Below, one piece after another: positions 61,373 to 64,000 of a DNA stretch of 64,000 nucleotides (the first letter of the stretch is position 1; every line of letters starts with the position of its first letter). The stretch is from Sedimentisphaerales bacterium (lineage in GTDB: Bacteria > Planctomycetota > Phycisphaerae > Sedimentisphaerales > SM23-30): NCBI GenBank assembly GCA_963663965.2, contig CAXXFK010000018.1, positions 100,421-164,420 of the forward strand. Reading direction: 5' to 3'. Both the position numbers and the translations under genes were made by a program. The notes beneath the pieces were generated by a model. The model was not told the DNA's origin. It worked only from the letters and a program-made list of their open reading frames with translations, and did not search any database.

Positions 61373-63088
61373 TTATTCTTTGCGGTTCTGTTGTCTGGTT
61401 CCCTGATACATAGTCAGTACATACTGAAATTCCTTTTTGCTCTCCGGTTCCAGAGTGAGGGTGTATTTGGCCGTATCCATATCCTCTTTCTCATAGTCGC
61501 CGCTTGGCCCGCTGTTTGCAATATCCCAGTAGGAAGTCTCAAAGTTGCGATAGATCTCCAACTTGACCGGTATATTCCGGGTATTGGTCAGGTTAACCTT
61601 CCAGGTTTCGATCTGGTCGAACCCGGTAATGTCCATGTTTTTGTTGAACTGGTAGTTGGCGGTCTCATGCTTCATCAGCACCGGCTCCACCTTGACTGCT
61701 CTGGCCGGTCCCAGGTCCAGTTCAATTTTATTGTTGACCGGAATGTATTTGACTGCCGTTCTCCCCACATAAGCCAGATGTCCATCGTCGGTATTGCGGA
61801 ATATCTCAACCGCTCCATCCGGGATGGGGGTTGCGCCCAATTTGTGGTCGGTATCGTTATTAAACGTTAAAAACCGTATCGGAGCGTTGCCCCAACGCTG
61901 TTCATCGTATTTATACAGACTTTCAACCGGGATATTTTCCGCCTCGAAGGAAGGCAGCCGCCTGGCCCATTGATTCTCAATCGTTTCGGTCCCCTCGATG
62001 GTATACAGGAAATACTCGCTGAGCCCTTCTTTCTCGATTTTTTTGATACCGGCCGCAAAATCGCCCAGGTAATCTACGTTAGATTGAATGCCTTCGGTTA
62101 CGATTCCATCATCAAAAAATGCCCAGTGATATCTGTCTCTGCCATCTTTGTCCGCGATGATATCAGGCCCCGGCCGGCCATGGGCCGAATCCCTGCGGGC
62201 CAGATCGATAATCCGGTCCAGTTGATGCACCTGTCCGACAATCAGCCTGGTCTGGGCGTTTTCATAATCCTCACCGGATTGGTTGTCCACGCGGACATAG
62301 CCCTGCCAATGCAGCTTGCTTTCATCCGGCGTGAGCGTTCCCTGATAAAACGCCCGCCACGAGAGCCCGCTGGTCATATAGGTGATTTCAACCGGAACCT
62401 GACCCTCAACTTCCGAACGAATCAGCCAGCGGCCGATATCTTTCAGTCGCGCCGGGTACACCAGTTGCTGTACCTCGATTTTGTCCTGGTTTTCCAGCGG
62501 TTCCAGTGTCAGCGAGGTTGGGTCGATCAGCGTATTGGCCCACATAAACTGCAGCCAGTTCCAGCCCCGCTTGATGGTCAACTGCCTTTGTTCGCGCACC
62601 AGGGTCAGGTCCGCCGAGTTGTAGATGGTCAGCTGCAAACTGTCCCGCCGGGGCAGGACATTCAGTTCGATCGCACTGGCCGGTGCGAACGGCGGCGTCT
62701 CATCGATGGCTTCAACTTTGGCAATGGCCGTTTCAGGCGGATTCGAATCACCCGTCGGCGGTAAAGACCGTGGCGGTAAAAGCGATACCAAAGCCGAAGC
62801 GCCCAATACCATCGCCACGGCGGCCGCGACCAGCCAGGCCGGTTTCAGTAAAATTTTCCGCGTTACGTTGGTCTGAGTCTGTTTGACCGTCCGCTCAAAG
62901 AGCTCTTGTGGTACTGCGATTTCATCTTTCAGCAGATCGAGCGGCGCGAATTTAACCTTCAGTTTTTCCAACTCATTGCGACAGTCACTGCAATTTTCCA
63001 GATGGAAGGCGATGGCGTGCGCTTCCTGTTCTGTAGCCAGCCCAAACTGGTATTTGATTAAGTTGTCTTGAGTGATATGAGTGTTCAT
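61373..63088 (-). CDS. Zn-finger anti-sigma factor (ZAS/zf-HC2) - TM - DUF4139-type fusion
   Basis: HLENCSDC (HxxxCxxC); TM WLVAAAVAMVLGASALV; LQLTIYNSADLTLVRE...NQSGEDYENA; overlaps the sigma factor stop. Confidence 0.85.
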   Translation of the reverse strand: MNTHITQDNLIKYQFGLATEQEAHAIAFHLENCSDCRNELEKLKVKFAPLDLLKDEIAVPQELFERTVKQTQTNVTRKILLKPAWLVAAAVAMVLGASALVSLLPPRSLPPTGDSNPPETAIAKVEAIDETPPFAPASAIELNVLPRRDSLQLTIYNSADLTLVREQRQLTIKRGWNWLQFMWANTLIDPTSLTLEPLENQDKIEVQQLVYPARLKDIGRWLIRSEVEGQVPVEITYMTSGLSWRAFYQGTLTPDESKLHWQGYVRVDNQSGEDYENAQTRLIVGQVHQLDRIIDLARRDSAHGRPGPDIIADKDGRDRYHWAFFDDGIVTEGIQSNVDYLGDFAAGIKKIEKEGLSEYFLYTIEGTETIENQWARRLPSFEAENIPVESLYKYDEQRWGNAPIRFLTFNNDTDHKLGATPIPDGAVEIFRNTDDGHLAYVGRTAVKYIPVNNKIELDLGPARAVKVEPVLMKHETANYQFNKNMDITGFDQIETWKVNLTNTRNIPVKLEIYRNFETSYWDIANSGPSGDYEKEDMDTAKYTLTLEPESKKEFQYVLTMYQGTRQQNRKE

Positions 63089-63693
63089 GCATTGCCTCCC
63101 GTTGGGTCGGGCAATATCGTTGCCAGTGTTTTAAGCGCTCTGAACATGTGGGTTTTAACCGAGCCCTGCGAACATCCCAGTACCTGGGCCACTTCAGAGT
63201 AATTCATTTTTTGGTAGTATGCCAGCAAAAGTGTTATCCTCTGGTGATGGGGCAACCGGTCGATTGCCTGTCGAATTATTTGTTTCTGTTCATCCATAAC
63301 CACTGCTTGGGCCGGGCCGGGAGAGTGATCCGGCAGAGCCAGGGCCGCCGGGGATGGGCAGTTCCCATGTTCGCATTGCGGTTCCGTGTCGAGCGAAACG
63401 CATTTTATTCGATTGTTTTTTTTGAAGGTATTCAAAGCCACCCTGGTTGCGATAGTAAAGAGCCAGGTTTTGAACTTGTCGGTTTTAAGCAAGTGGGCCT
63501 TTTGGTGGACCCGCATGAATGTTTCCTGAAAGATATCCTCTGCGGAATCCGTGTTGCCGGTCATCCGGACCAAATATCCGAGCAAAGCGGGCCCGTGACG
63601 GCGTAGCAATTCGCCAAACGCCGTGTGATTGCCCGCACAATGTTCTTTTAACAGGACTTTATCATTGTTTTCCATCGGAAACACATGCTCCAT
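63085..63693 (-). CDS. ECF sigma-70 factor
   Basis: AEDIFQETF, FKTWLFTIATR, YSEVAQVLGCSQGSVKTHMFRA; alternative start at 63675. Confidence 0.93.
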   Translation of the reverse strand: MEHVFPMENNDKVLLKEHCAGNHTAFGELLRRHGPALLGYLVRMTGNTDSAEDIFQETFMRVHQKAHLLKTDKFKTWLFTIATRVALNTFKKNNRIKCVSLDTEPQCEHGNCPSPAALALPDHSPGPAQAVVMDEQKQIIRQAIDRLPHHQRITLLLAYYQKMNYSEVAQVLGCSQGSVKTHMFRALKTLATILPDPTGGNA

Positions 63694-63702
63694 CTAGCAT
63701 CT

Positions 63703-63730
63703 AAGACCATTGTACCGGCCGGATGGTTGA
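63703..63730 (-). promoter_or_regulatory. Putative autoregulatory ECF promoter
   Basis: Minus strand TCAACC-N16-GGTCTT directly upstream of the sigma gene, fitting the general ECF AAC...GTC pattern. Confidence 0.5.
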
Positions 63731-64000
63731 CACAAAAATATAAAAAATATGAAAAAAGCCTATTCGTTGAGTGAGAAAATTCAATTTAAATCAAGAGCGG
63801 GAATCCCCCTTTGGGCACAAAAACTACACGTTCATAACTTCTTTTAAAACAAGACATAAAAAAATATTGGACCAACATATAGGCGATTTTTTATTGATAG
63901 GATCGTATTTACAGACCATGGAACAGAACCTATGGATTCTGAGTTGGAATATGGTTACGCCTTGACATGGGCTGTAAAAAAACTTTTAATAGGTAAACTG

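Overview
Chromosomal window from a bacterium that is very probably a planctomycete of the Phycisphaerae/Sedimentisphaerales type. This is inferred from three prepilin-type H-X9-DG proteins, LTD-CotH and LamG/dockerin-like secreted proteins, and several UroD-like genes. The window holds glycosyltransferases, two hemerythrins, pectin and sugar catabolism genes, an SBP-MCP pair, hisS, rnpB and tRNA-Thr(CGT). Mobile DNA includes a complete class IIC group II intron inserted just after a terminator, two MITE families, two mini-RAYT elements, a RAYT fragment with REPs and an IS256 remnant. The best candidates for new biology are: (1) a Bd0055-like bacterial histone with a Lys/Ala-rich N-terminal tail, transcribed divergently from an extremely acidic protein that could be a histone chaperone, followed by a protein with a YxGPDRR (c-di-GMP-binding-type) motif; (2) an ECF sigma factor whose anti-sigma is fused to a DUF4139-type domain and followed by three secreted DUF4139 paralogues; (3) an XRE-HTH/dynamin-like GTPase fusion; (4) an unannotated 26-aa bS22/mS38-like ORF next to rnpB; (5) a UUCG hairpin inserted in RNase P RNA. 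All family calls come from motif recognition by eye, not from database searches.
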